64,000 nt of DNA from the NCBI GenBank assembly GCA_947626025.1, contig CANQQQ010000001.1, positions 57,020 through 121,019 on the forward strand, written 5' to 3'. The notes beneath the pieces were generated by a model, which did no database searches, was not told the DNA's origin, and saw only the letters and a program-made list of their open reading frames with translations. Of the stretch, positions 53,467-64,000 are shown piece after piece (position 1 is the first letter of the stretch; each line of letters begins with the position of its first letter). The DNA is from an uncultured Clostridia bacterium (GTDB lineage: Bacteria > Bacillota > Clostridia > TANB77 > CAG-508). The translations under genes were made by a program, and so were the position numbers.

Positions 53467-54894
53467 TTATTTCATTTCTTCAAAAAATGCTTTATATGCT
53501 TCATAAGCAGAATATATATCATATTTGCTAGTAACTTCATATGGTGCATGCATTGATAATACTGCTACTCCACAGTCTATTACATCTACACCTTTGTCAG
53601 CTAAGATATACGCAATCGTTCCGCCTCCTCCAGCATCTACTTTTCCTAATTCATCTATTTGGTATAATATACCTTTACTTTCAAATAAATTTCTTATTTT
53701 TGCTACAAATTCGGCTCCTGCATCTGATGAGCCACTCTTTCCTTTTGAACCCGTATATTTGTTTAAAGAAACTCCATATCCTGCATAAGATACATTTTTT
53801 CTATCTGAAACAGATGCATATAATGGATCATAAGCTGATCCTACATCTGCTGACAACATATTTGAAATACAAAATACTTTATTTAATAAATTTGGTCTAT
53901 TTATTCCTGATTTTGTTAATAATTCAGCTATAAAATTATCGAATACTTGAGATTCCATACCAGTATTTCCCATACTTCCTATTTCTTCTTTGTCTGATAA
54001 TATTAATACTGATGTTTTGTCTGGTATTTCGTTCATATCTATTAAAGCTCTTAATGCAGAATAACAGCAAACTTTATCGTCTTGCCCATATGCCGCTACC
54101 ATACTACTATCAAATCCTAGGCTTCTTGCCTTGAATGCTGGTACAAGTTCTATTTCTGCACTTAAGAAATCTTTTTCTGTTATTGCATATTTATCATTTA
54201 ATATTTTTAAAATATTTAATTTTACTTTTTCTGATACACTTTCATCTTTATAAGGAAAACTTCCAATTAATAAATCTAAATCTTCTCCTTCAATTCCATT
54301 GCTTAATGTTTTTTTCATTTGCTCACTTGCTAAGTGAGGTAATAAATCTGTTATTGTAAATATTGGATCATTTTCTTCTTCTCCAATATTTAAAGTGATT
54401 TTTTCTCCATTAGTTTTTACAATTACACCATGAATTGCAAGTGGAATAGTCGTCCATTGATATTTCTTTATTCCACCATAATATTGAGTATTAAAATATA
54501 CAAATCCTGAATCTTCATATACAGGATTTGGTTTTAAATCTAATCTTGGAGAATCCATATGTGCACCAACTATATTTAATCCATTTTCTAGCCCTGATTT
54601 TCCTATAATTGCTGCATAAACACTTTTTTCTCTATTTATATAATAAATTTTATCTCCTACTGATACTTTTTCTATATTGTCTATATTTTTAAATCCATTT
54701 TTGTCTAAAACTTCTTTTGTAAAGTTTGAAACTTCTCTTTCTATTTTTGATTTGTTTAAAAAATACATATATTCATCTGCGAACTTCATTATTAACTGAA
54801 TTTTTTCTTCTGATGATTCACCCCATCCACATTTCCTTTTATCAAATAATTTCTCCTCTAGTAATTTTCCTTCTGACTTTTGTTTCTCTTCCAT
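53467..54894 (-). CDS. M18-family aminopeptidase (aspartyl aminopeptidase/aminopeptidase I-like)
   Basis: 475 aa; IVGAHMDSPRLDLKPNP and C-terminal SMHAPYE zinc-ligand regions typical of M18. Confidence 0.75.
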   Translation of the reverse strand: MEEKQKSEGKLLEEKLFDKRKCGWGESSEEKIQLIMKFADEYMYFLNKSKIEREVSNFTKEVLDKNGFKNIDNIEKVSVGDKIYYINREKSVYAAIIGKSGLENGLNIVGAHMDSPRLDLKPNPVYEDSGFVYFNTQYYGGIKKYQWTTIPLAIHGVIVKTNGEKITLNIGEEENDPIFTITDLLPHLASEQMKKTLSNGIEGEDLDLLIGSFPYKDESVSEKVKLNILKILNDKYAITEKDFLSAEIELVPAFKARSLGFDSSMVAAYGQDDKVCCYSALRALIDMNEIPDKTSVLILSDKEEIGSMGNTGMESQVFDNFIAELLTKSGINRPNLLNKVFCISNMLSADVGSAYDPLYASVSDRKNVSYAGYGVSLNKYTGSKGKSGSSDAGAEFVAKIRNLFESKGILYQIDELGKVDAGGGGTIAYILADKGVDVIDCGVAVLSMHAPYEVTSKYDIYSAYEAYKAFFEEMK

Positions 54895-54974
54895 TTTCCT
54901 TCTTCCTTCCTTTTCTTATTTATATTGTTTTAAAAATTAAAATCTAATTTTATCTTACATTAAGTTTTAATCTT

Positions 54975-56066
54975 TTATACATTAAACCTAAATAAAACAA
55001 TATCTCCGTCTTGCATAATATAATCTTTTCCTTCTGAGCGTATTAGTCCTTTTTCTTTAGCTCCATTCATTGATCCGCATTTAACTAAATCATCAAAGGA
55101 AACGATTTCTGCACGTATAAATCCTCTTTGTATGTCTGAATGAATTTTACCAGCAGCAACTGGAGCTTTTGTTCCTTTCTTTATTGTCCATGCTCTAACC
55201 TCAGGCTCTCCTGCTGTTAAAAAAGACATTAATCCTAGCAAGTCATAGCTTGCTTTTATTACCTTATCAAGTCCAGATTCTTCTAACCCCAATGCTTCTA
55301 GCATTTCTTTTTTATCTTCACCTTCTAATGATGCTAGCTCTTCTTCTATTTTTACACAAAGCGGGATAACTCCTGCTTTTTCAGAGTCAGCATATTCTTT
55401 TACTTGTTTTACATATTCTGAACTTTCAGCATTTCCCAACATTTCTTCTGATACATTTGCAATATATAGTATTGGCTTATTTGTTAATAAATATGTATCG
55501 TCTATGATTGATAATTCCTCTTCAGAGAATTCTAAAGTCCTTGCTGATTTTCCATCTTCTAACACTTTTTTTACTTTTTCTAGTGTATCTATCTCAAATT
55601 GATATTTTTTGTCTGCTTTTAACATCTTCTTTGCCTTTTCCAGCCTTTTATTTATTGTTTCTATATCAGCTAAAATCAGTTCTAAATTAATTGTTTCAAT
55701 ATCTCTTAATGGGTTAACATTTCCATCAACATGCACAATGTTTGAGTCATCAAAACAACGTACTACTTCAACTATGCTATCTACTTCTCTTATGTGTGAT
55801 AAAAATTTATTTCCTAATCCCTCACCTTGACTTGCACCTTTTACTAATCCTGCAATGTCAACAAATTCAATTGTTGCATGTGTTGTTTTTTGTGGATTAT
55901 ACATTTTAGTTAACACGTCTAATCTTTCATCTGGAACTGCTACTACTCCTATATTAGGTTCTATAGTACAAAATGGATAATTGGCACATTCTGCACCTGC
56001 GTTTGTGATTGCATTAAACATAGTACTCTTTCCTACATTTGGAAGTCCCACTATTCCTATTTTCAT
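54975..56066 (-). CDS. ychF: ribosome-binding ATPase YchF (Obg-family GTPase/ATPase)
   Basis: MKIGIVGLPNVGKSTMFNAIT G1 motif, 363 aa, C-terminal TGS domain. Confidence 0.9.
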   Translation of the reverse strand: MKIGIVGLPNVGKSTMFNAITNAGAECANYPFCTIEPNIGVVAVPDERLDVLTKMYNPQKTTHATIEFVDIAGLVKGASQGEGLGNKFLSHIREVDSIVEVVRCFDDSNIVHVDGNVNPLRDIETINLELILADIETINKRLEKAKKMLKADKKYQFEIDTLEKVKKVLEDGKSARTLEFSEEELSIIDDTYLLTNKPILYIANVSEEMLGNAESSEYVKQVKEYADSEKAGVIPLCVKIEEELASLEGEDKKEMLEALGLEESGLDKVIKASYDLLGLMSFLTAGEPEVRAWTIKKGTKAPVAAGKIHSDIQRGFIRAEIVSFDDLVKCGSMNGAKEKGLIRSEGKDYIMQDGDIVLFRFNV

Positions 56067-56115
56067 TTTTATATCATCCTTTCGACTGTCATTTTACACT
56101 CTACTGTACATATAA

Positions 56116-57726
56116 TTATGTTTCTGTTCCTAGTCCTGCATTTGGGTCTGTATATGTTTCTCCTCCTGATTGCTCCTCTGTTTGTGTTTCTGTGTATTGT
56201 TGTGTTTGTGTATTTGTTTGTGTCTGTGGTTGAGTTTCTGTTTGCGCTGGAGTTTGTAACTGTTCTTCTGTTTCGTCTTCTGTTTTTTTAGTTAATCCTA
56301 TCGGTTTAAAAATATCCTCTTCTAAATTATATATAACTCCATGGAATTCCATATAGTATGATTTTACTCCAGCATCTGTTATTGAATACATATCTTCTGC
56401 TTCTGGTCTAAATAGTTCTGTTGCAGAAGTATCTATTAATCCATATTGTTCATTTTGTTCAACTACAATTAGTTCATAATCATCTATTAATAATAGATTT
56501 CCGGTTGTTTTTATCTTTGTTGGTTTTTCTTCTTCATTTTGATTATCTTCATCTTCTTCAATAACTTCAACTTTACAACCTATATCTGTATATTTTATGT
56601 CAGATACTTTATTACCTTTTATATTAAAGAACCCCCACATATCATTTTGTTTAACTGCTATAAGTGAATTAAAGAATACATACTGTTTAACTATATCTTT
56701 TTCATCTTCTTCCTCATTGTTCGTAGTTTCTGTTCTATTAATTTTTTGTGTAAGGTATGGCGTTATATCAACTCCTATATCATCATATTCCATATGTATG
56801 ATGATTCTCTCTTTTCCATCTATTACTCCATATTTTTCATTGCTTTTTACTAAATATAGTTCATTTTGTTTATTTATACTTTTTATTTCATCATAATTTA
56901 CATTAATTTTTGTTTCTCCATCAATATAGTCTATTCCTACTTTATTATAAGCATTTGTTATTGTAAATTCCTTATTATATTCATCAAATTGTACATAAGC
57001 GTATCTTGTTCCTATGACCTCTACGCCGTTAGCATCAACAACTCCATATCTTCCATCTGAATTTTCTATTACTATTCTATCATATAATAATGCTTTTTGG
57101 TTTTCAAAATTGTCACTTGCTTTTGTAAATCCCAATTTTTGTACTGCTGTATTATATAGTTCATATATATAAGGTAAAGTTTGTATACTCATAATATTAT
57201 TGACAGAATCATATTGTAATTTTATGTTACATGCAATTTCAATTCCGTCTGATATAACATATATATCACCATTTACATTTCTTGCTGGTTCAGACATTGT
57301 ATAGTTCTTATAATCATCACCTGTATTTGGTTCTATTTTACTAATTATTGTTGAATTTAAAAACATAGATGCAGTTTCTTGCTTATTCTCAACAAATACT
57401 TTGTTTGTATCTTCAGCTTCTATCTTATATTCTCCACTGTGAGATTCATACCCTACATAACTTGCTATTCCTTTTACGCTAACATATACCTTATCATTTT
57501 CTATTAGGAATATAGATGTATCCATCTGTGCCTTTTCACCATCTAAATATATTTTCATTGTTTGATCTATAGGTTGTAGTTCATTTATCATAACAATTAT
57601 TGCACAAATAATAATTGTAATGATTATTATAGCTGATACTATAGCAATAATGGTATTATTACGTCCTTTTGGCTTATTTACTTTTAATTTACTATTTTCC
57701 TTTAATTCATCTGCATCTAGTCGCAT
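56116..57726 (-). CDS. membrane-anchored WG-repeat (WG_beta_rep-like) protein with a C-terminal T/Q-rich low-complexity tail
   Basis: N-terminal TM; at least four repeats of the form (K/R)YGVIDxxGxxVIxxxYDDI (GRYGVVDANG, EKYGVIDGKE, DMWGFFNIKG, EQYGLIDTSA); tail PAQTETQPQTQTNTQTQQYTETQTEEQ encoded by TGTTTG/TGTGTT-rich repetitive DNA. Confidence 0.5.
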   Translation of the reverse strand: MRLDADELKENSKLKVNKPKGRNNTIIAIVSAIIIITIIICAIIVMINELQPIDQTMKIYLDGEKAQMDTSIFLIENDKVYVSVKGIASYVGYESHSGEYKIEAEDTNKVFVENKQETASMFLNSTIISKIEPNTGDDYKNYTMSEPARNVNGDIYVISDGIEIACNIKLQYDSVNNIMSIQTLPYIYELYNTAVQKLGFTKASDNFENQKALLYDRIVIENSDGRYGVVDANGVEVIGTRYAYVQFDEYNKEFTITNAYNKVGIDYIDGETKINVNYDEIKSINKQNELYLVKSNEKYGVIDGKERIIIHMEYDDIGVDITPYLTQKINRTETTNNEEEDEKDIVKQYVFFNSLIAVKQNDMWGFFNIKGNKVSDIKYTDIGCKVEVIEEDEDNQNEEEKPTKIKTTGNLLLIDDYELIVVEQNEQYGLIDTSATELFRPEAEDMYSITDAGVKSYYMEFHGVIYNLEEDIFKPIGLTKKTEDETEEQLQTPAQTETQPQTQTNTQTQQYTETQTEEQSGGETYTDPNAGLGTET

Positions 57727-57740
57727 TATATTTCCCCCTT

Positions 57741-58871
<1,131 letters not shown>

Positions 58872-58881
58872 TTATCCTCTC

Positions 58882-60165
58882 TTACCTTCCTTCATTATCT
58901 CTATTTTTAACTATGTTATTCTTTTCATTTGTATCTATAGAATTTTCTGGTGGCTTAGGTTTTGCTTCTTGTTTTAACAAGTCAATTTTCATAGATTCTC
59001 TAAACATTTTTTCTTTGCTTTTATTGTGTAAATTTCCAGTTCTTATTTCATCTAATGCTTTATTTTGAGCCTCCACTCCATATTTTTCTTTTAATTCTTC
59101 CATGGTAATATTAGGTTTTGCAAAACTTTGCGCATATTCTTGGATTGTAGTATTTATTCCATTGGCTCCGCCTTTTATTCCTATCGCCGTCATATACTCT
59201 TTTGACTTATAAGTTATATCTTGTCCATCGCTTGAATTAAGCATTATTATATTGCCATTTTGATATATACCTATTCCTGGATTAGTTGGATCCAATACTA
59301 AAGTAATATTGTCTTCTGCTATATCAACTAGTGTTACCATATGATTTCCGGATAAATTTTGTACTAAATTTGCAAGTTTTTCTTCTTGCTGTGTATTTTC
59401 CTCTTCCTTTGTAGTTTCTGCTACTGTTTCATTCGTCTCCAAAATTGTCCTTTCAATATTAGCAATTTTTAAATTGTTAACCTCTTCTGGCATTAATACA
59501 CACATAGTTCTAGCATTCCATTCTGGATTTATTTCATTTAATTTTCTTGCAACATCACTTGCCATATTACGACAAACACCATACCCTTCTTCTGTTGCTA
59601 AGTCTAATTCTAAAAATCCTGATATGTTTTTTTCGGGGTTAGCATATCCTTTTATATTCTTCCACATATCATCCATAACTTTCATAAATGTTTGAATATC
59701 ACTTAAATGCATGTTCTTTATTTCTTCTGAATATTTAGAAATTTTTTCATTATAAGCATTTATCTCACTTTCATATTCTACTTCATTTTCTTTTATAGTA
59801 CTCTGTGTACCGGCTGCAAAAACAGATGTAAGCGCCAAAAATGTTACACCACTATTTATTCCTATCTGTTTTGCTATATTTGACATTTTACGTCCTATTC
59901 TCCACATCGTTGCCTTTACATTCCCTCGTACTTCTTTTATTTCTTCATACATTGCCTTAGTTAATATTTTATTATATTCTGTCTCTCCATATTTATTATA
60001 TATGTCTTGCCATCTTTTTTCTTGTTTTAATTTCTTTATATCTTCTTTTTTATATTTATGTGGAACATATTTATTAAAAATCTTTTCTCCAAATTGTACA
60101 TAAATTTCCTCATATTTTTTCTCTTCTCTTAATTGTTTAATTTTTTCTTTAGAATTTTTATCCAT
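58882..60165 (-). CDS. membrane-anchored protein with transglutaminase-like (papain-fold Cys-His-Asp) domain
   Basis: GYGVCRNMASDVARKLNEINPEWNARTMCV (G-x-C-x-x-a...R), GNHMVTLVDI (His) and LDPTN (Asp); one TM after a charged N-terminal region. Confidence 0.5.
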   Translation of the reverse strand: MDKNSKEKIKQLREEKKYEEIYVQFGEKIFNKYVPHKYKKEDIKKLKQEKRWQDIYNKYGETEYNKILTKAMYEEIKEVRGNVKATMWRIGRKMSNIAKQIGINSGVTFLALTSVFAAGTQSTIKENEVEYESEINAYNEKISKYSEEIKNMHLSDIQTFMKVMDDMWKNIKGYANPEKNISGFLELDLATEEGYGVCRNMASDVARKLNEINPEWNARTMCVLMPEEVNNLKIANIERTILETNETVAETTKEEENTQQEEKLANLVQNLSGNHMVTLVDIAEDNITLVLDPTNPGIGIYQNGNIIMLNSSDGQDITYKSKEYMTAIGIKGGANGINTTIQEYAQSFAKPNITMEELKEKYGVEAQNKALDEIRTGNLHNKSKEKMFRESMKIDLLKQEAKPKPPENSIDTNEKNNIVKNRDNEGR

Positions 60166-60176
60166 ATATTACTCTC

Positions 60177-61202
60177 CTATTCTATAAACATAGCATCGCC
60201 AAAGCTAAAAAATCTATATTTTTCCTTTACTGCTTCATTATAAGCATTCATTATATAATCTTTTCCTGCAAATGCTGAAACAAGCATTATCAATGTTGAC
60301 TCTGGTAAATGAAAATTTGTAATTAGTGCATCTATGCACTTAAATTTATAACCTGGATATATAAAAATTTGTGTATCACCTTCACAAGGCTTTACAAATC
60401 CTGTATCTTTATCTGCTATTGATTCTAATACTCTACAAGAAGTTGTCCCAACAGCTATTATTCTCTTTCCATTTTGTTTTGCCATATTAATTTTATTCAC
60501 ATCTTCTTGCTTAATATAAAAGTGTTCTGAATGCATAGCATGATCTTCTACTTTTTCTACTTTTACAGGTCTAAAAGTACCAATTCCAACATGTAAAGTG
60601 ACATTTGCTATATCTACACCCTTTTCTTGTATTTTTCTTAGTAATTCCTCAGTAAAATGTAATCCAGCAGTAGGTGCCGCAGCTGAACCTTCATATTTAG
60701 CATATACTGTTTGATATCTGTTCTTATCTTTTAATTTTTCTTTTATATATGGTGGTAATGGCATTAAACCTATTTTATCTAATATCTCATTAAAAATTCC
60801 ATTATATGAAAATTTAACTTTTCTATTTCCACCATTAAGTATTTCTAATATCTCTGCTTCTAGTAAGCCATCACCAAAAGTCACCTTTGTTCCTATTCTC
60901 AATTTTCTTCCTGGTCTGACCATTACTTCCCAAAAATCTCCTTCAATTCTGTTTAGAAGCAAGAACTCTATATTAGCTCCTGTGTCTTTTTTTCCATACA
61001 ATCGTGCTGGTATTACTTTCGTATTGTTTCTTACTAAACAATCTCCTGGTTGTAAATAATCCAATATATCTTTAAAAATTTTATGCTCAATAGTCTGGCT
61101 TTTTTTATTTAAAACCATTAATCTAGATTCATCTCGATTATTTATTGGAGTTTGTGCAATTAGCTCTTCTGGTAAATTATAATAAAATTCTTTTACTTCC
61201 AT
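60177..61202 (-). CDS. queA: S-adenosylmethionine:tRNA ribosyltransferase-isomerase
   Basis: The [21 protein letters not shown]-terminus is characteristic of QueA; 341 aa. Confidence 0.9.
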   Translation of the reverse strand: MEVKEFYYNLPEELIAQTPINNRDESRLMVLNKKSQTIEHKIFKDILDYLQPGDCLVRNNTKVIPARLYGKKDTGANIEFLLLNRIEGDFWEVMVRPGRKLRIGTKVTFGDGLLEAEILEILNGGNRKVKFSYNGIFNEILDKIGLMPLPPYIKEKLKDKNRYQTVYAKYEGSAAAPTAGLHFTEELLRKIQEKGVDIANVTLHVGIGTFRPVKVEKVEDHAMHSEHFYIKQEDVNKINMAKQNGKRIIAVGTTSCRVLESIADKDTGFVKPCEGDTQIFIYPGYKFKCIDALITNFHLPESTLIMLVSAFAGKDYIMNAYNEAVKEKYRFFSFGDAMFIE

Positions 61203-61641
61203 TATCGTTCCCTTCTGTCATAAAATATTGTTTTATTTTTTCTATTAATGATTTTACCTGTTCTACAAAATTATCTGGTTCATAAAATTTTTCTTCTGTT
61301 AAATCCATTGACATTCTAAAACAACTATCATGTATTGGTTTTATTGTATATACTTCTTTACTTAAACCTAATTTGTTATTGTTTATATTGCATGTCATAT
61401 AATCTTTATACCAGTTTCTTAATCCATCTATATCGTCTTTTTCATATCCATATTTCTCATAGGCATGTAATTCAGGTACATTATTACCATATTCATTTTC
61501 TATTCTTTCTAAATTATGCAAAAATTCATGGATAAAAACTTCTTCTGGGAAAGTATTGATTCTTGAATATGTATATAATAAATCTGCATCTTCATTAGGA
61601 ATTCTTACATTTGAATAACCTATATCATTCTTATAAGTCAT
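61177..61641 (-). CDS. small HExxH-motif protein (putative zinc metallopeptidase-like)
   Basis: [11 protein letters not shown] contains HExxH; translationally coupled (ATGACTTATAA overlap) to the upstream 78-aa ORF; overlaps queA by 26 nt. Confidence 0.4.
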   Translation of the reverse strand: MTYKNDIGYSNVRIPNEDADLLYTYSRINTFPEEVFIHEFLHNLERIENEYGNNVPELHAYEKYGYEKDDIDGLRNWYKDYMTCNINNNKLGLSKEVYTIKPIHDSCFRMSMDLTEEKFYEPDNFVEQVKSLIEKIKQYFMTEGNDNGSKRILL

Positions 61642-61867
61642 ACCACCGAAGTCCTATCCAATCTCCTGTTTTTATACGTTCTTCGTGCAAATCTTCTCCT
61701 AACTTATATGATACAAATATATGATCATATTCTTCATCAGCATTATCTACATATTTTTTTAATATATCTTTTATATTCTCTGCAGCAACATAATATCCAT
61801 AATCTTCGTTATAACTAATTGAATTTATAGGTTCATCTACTAAAACTATTTTATATGTAACTGTCAT
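61631..61867 (-). CDS. hypothetical small protein (78 aa)
   Basis: Coupled on both sides by ATG/TAA overlaps (17 nt and 11 nt). Confidence 0.3.
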   Translation of the reverse strand: MTVTYKIVLVDEPINSISYNEDYGYYVAAENIKDILKKYVDNADEEYDHIFVSYKLGEDLHEERIKTGDWIGLRWYDL

Positions 61868-62582
61868 TAAGTTCCCGAGACATTTCCTTCATAGAAGTTT
61901 GAAATCTCCTCATATTATCCTCTATTAGTTGTATTTCTGATGGTTCTAAATGCATTTTTGTCTTAGTAATAAGTCCATCTTTTTCAGTGTTAACTTCTAG
62001 ATTTTCCATAATTAAACATATAAAATTCCAACTATTGCTTCTATCTTTACTACCTCTTTCTAATTTGAAATCAGAAAACCAGACTGTTCCTTTAGAGCTA
62101 TCATCATAAGCACCTAGCCTAAATGCAATATCTATATTAGTTCTCTCCTTTGAGTTAAATTGAAAAGATAATAATTGCCAATCTCCGCTCCCAACAAGAC
62201 TGTCAGACTTTTCAGTAGTATCCATTATACCTATATTTACTCCGCCTTCTGATTCGGTTTTTTGATTTTCTACATTTTTAAACTTAACCATAGCTGAAAC
62301 TCTATATACAGTCTCTGGTTCAACTTGAATACTTTTATATATTAATGCATCGTTAAATTCTTTTGATTCAATTTTATAGCTATATCTATTAGAATATTTT
62401 TCAACATCATCTCTAGTGAAATTTGATACTCCTGTTGTATATTCTGCTTTTATAAAATCACCAAAATCATTAATTCTATATATATGCCACATTTTATAAA
62501 TTACAATCATTACGATTATTAATAATATTATATTAAAAATTGTGGAAATTTTCAATCTCCATCCTGTTCTCTTAAGTTTCAT
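61851..62582 (-). CDS. N-terminally membrane-anchored hypothetical protein (243 aa)
   Basis: TM helix IFNIILLIIVMIVIY near the N-terminus; first gene of the coupled trio. Confidence 0.4.
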   Translation of the reverse strand: MKLKRTGWRLKISTIFNIILLIIVMIVIYKMWHIYRINDFGDFIKAEYTTGVSNFTRDDVEKYSNRYSYKIESKEFNDALIYKSIQVEPETVYRVSAMVKFKNVENQKTESEGGVNIGIMDTTEKSDSLVGSGDWQLLSFQFNSKERTNIDIAFRLGAYDDSSKGTVWFSDFKLERGSKDRSNSWNFICLIMENLEVNTEKDGLITKTKMHLEPSEIQLIEDNMRRFQTSMKEMSRELNDSYI

Positions 62583-62585
62583 ATG

Positions 62586-62975
62586 TTACTCTCCTTCTTC
62601 TATACAATAATTTAGTATTTCGTTTAATCTTTCTCTTTTACCTGTAAGATATAAATATCCTATTAGTCCTTCAAAAGCTGTTGCATACATGTATTCTTTT
62701 ACATTTGAGTTTTTGGGTAAATGATGATTTTTTGTATTTCTTGTTCTTCTTACTATATCCTTCTCGTCCTCATTTAGCTTTTCTTCTATTTTTTGTAAAA
62801 TATTTGATTGTGCTCCTGCTCTAACTTTTTTTATAGCTTCTATATGTAACTTATTTGGTTTTAAGTCAGTATTCTCGATTAAGTTTTCTCTAATATATAA
62901 TTCGTAAACTGCATCTCCTATATAAGCCCATGTCAATGGGTTCATATTATTTATTCTTTGTTCTCTTTCTTCCAC
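62586..62975 (-). CDS. mrnC: mini-ribonuclease 3 (Mini-III)
   Basis: 129 aa; LTWAYIGDAVYELYIRE RNase III-like catalytic motif without a dsRBD. Confidence 0.85.
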   Translation of the reverse strand: MEEREQRINNMNPLTWAYIGDAVYELYIRENLIENTDLKPNKLHIEAIKKVRAGAQSNILQKIEEKLNEDEKDIVRRTRNTKNHHLPKNSNVKEYMYATAFEGLIGYLYLTGKRERLNEILNYCIEEGE

Positions 62976-62989
62976 TTTTAAACTCCTTC

Positions 62990-63907
62990 TTATTTAAGTT
63001 GCTCTAATGTAATTTTTCCTATTTTTGCATCCCTAAAATCTTTTATTATCATATTAGCTGTTTTATTTTCATCTATTTTTCCTCCTGACATAACAGCTCC
63101 TCTTTTTTTACCTATTAGTCTCATAACATCCATTATATTTTCATTTTCTAATTGATTTTTATTCTTCAATAATTCCTCTACTTGATCATTTTCTAATTTA
63201 TAAGTTTCTATTACATTTTTTCTATAATTACTTAATAAAAATTTTAACAGATTATATGCTATTTCTAGATTATCTAATATTTCATCTTTTATAGTACCTG
63301 TATATGCTAAATTTAATGCTACTTCCTCGCTTTCAAATTTTGGCCATAATATACCAGGTGTATCCAAAAGTTCAATATTTTTTTCTATTCTTATCCACTG
63401 CTTTTTTACTGTTATTCCTGGCTTATTTCCTACTATTTGTTTATTCTTATTACAAAGTCTATTTATTAGAGAAGATTTGCCTACATTAGGTATTCCCAAA
63501 ATTAAAACTCTTATTGTTTTACCTATTCTTCCTTTTTCTATTTCCTTTTTCTTATCTTCTCGCATCATTTTTTCTATTGTACTAATAAGTTCATTGTTTT
63601 TGTTACTGTTCAACGCATTTACACTAATAACAGTTGTATCATTTCTTGTTAAATAATCTTTCCATTTTTTTGTCTGTATATCATCAGCTAAATCACTTTT
63701 ATTTAGTACTATAATTTTTTTCTTATTTTTTATCATTTCGTTCAAATCTGGATTTCTGCTTGAAATAGGAATTCTCGCATCAATTACTTCTATTACAACA
63801 TCTATAAGTTTCAAGTCATCTTCTATCAGTCTTTTAGCCTTTGCCATATGCCCTGGGTACCAGTTGATGTTTGTTTTATTTTCGTTCATTTTTTCACTTC
63901 CTTGCAT
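62990..63907 (-). CDS. rbgA: ribosome biogenesis GTPase A (YlqF/RbgA, circularly permuted GTPase)
   Basis: INWYPGHMAKAKR start, the permuted order (NKSD before GIPNVGKSS) and the DTPGILWP motif. Confidence 0.85.
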   Translation of the reverse strand: MQGSEKMNENKTNINWYPGHMAKAKRLIEDDLKLIDVVIEVIDARIPISSRNPDLNEMIKNKKKIIVLNKSDLADDIQTKKWKDYLTRNDTTVISVNALNSNKNNELISTIEKMMREDKKKEIEKGRIGKTIRVLILGIPNVGKSSLINRLCNKNKQIVGNKPGITVKKQWIRIEKNIELLDTPGILWPKFESEEVALNLAYTGTIKDEILDNLEIAYNLLKFLLSNYRKNVIETYKLENDQVEELLKNKNQLENENIMDVMRLIGKKRGAVMSGGKIDENKTANMIIKDFRDAKIGKITLEQLK

Positions 63908-64000
63908 ATTTTTACTTGCTTTATTATCTTTTTATAAATTAATTCCATAATTCTCTCTTCTTTATTTTTTCTCTCCTAATAATTTTATCTTCTCAGCATT

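Overview
AT-rich (about 25-28% GC) Firmicute, probably Clostridium-like, chromosome segment. Almost every gene is on the minus strand. Positions 1-14.7 kb are a rhamnose-containing cell-wall/capsular polysaccharide locus: manC, rfbBCAD, a DegT aminotransferase, a GNAT, an ATP-grasp enzyme, Wzx, a Wzy-like/GT2 fusion, GT2, a phosphoglycosyl transferase and an LCP protein. Positions 14.8-41.7 kb are housekeeping genes: argS, pfk, manA, a phosphohexomutase, recJ, a GT4, a SpoVB-like flippase, MFS, LtaS, nadD, metG, glmM, fmt, apt, capA, a type III glutamine synthetase, a VanX-like dipeptidase and a DapF-like gene. Positions about 41.7-50.3 kb are an accessory island next to a tRNA-Gly(UCC). It looks like a decayed integrative mobilizable element: a large serine recombinase broken by two frameshifts, a MobV-family relaxase with a candidate oriT, several small orphan genes (one with atypically high GC), and an orphan 334-aa protein carrying a canonical HEPN R-x4-H motif (candidate abortive-infection/toxin RNase). 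Beyond the tRNA lies a TasA/SipW-like three-gene export cluster whose signal peptidase is fused to a polytopic membrane domain. It is followed by an M18 aminopeptidase, ychF, a WG-repeat protein, tgt, a transglutaminase-like protein, queA, a coupled trio containing an HExxH protein, mrnC and rbgA. No CRISPR array, rRNA or IS transposase was seen. All calls rest on by-eye motif recognition and not on database searches.
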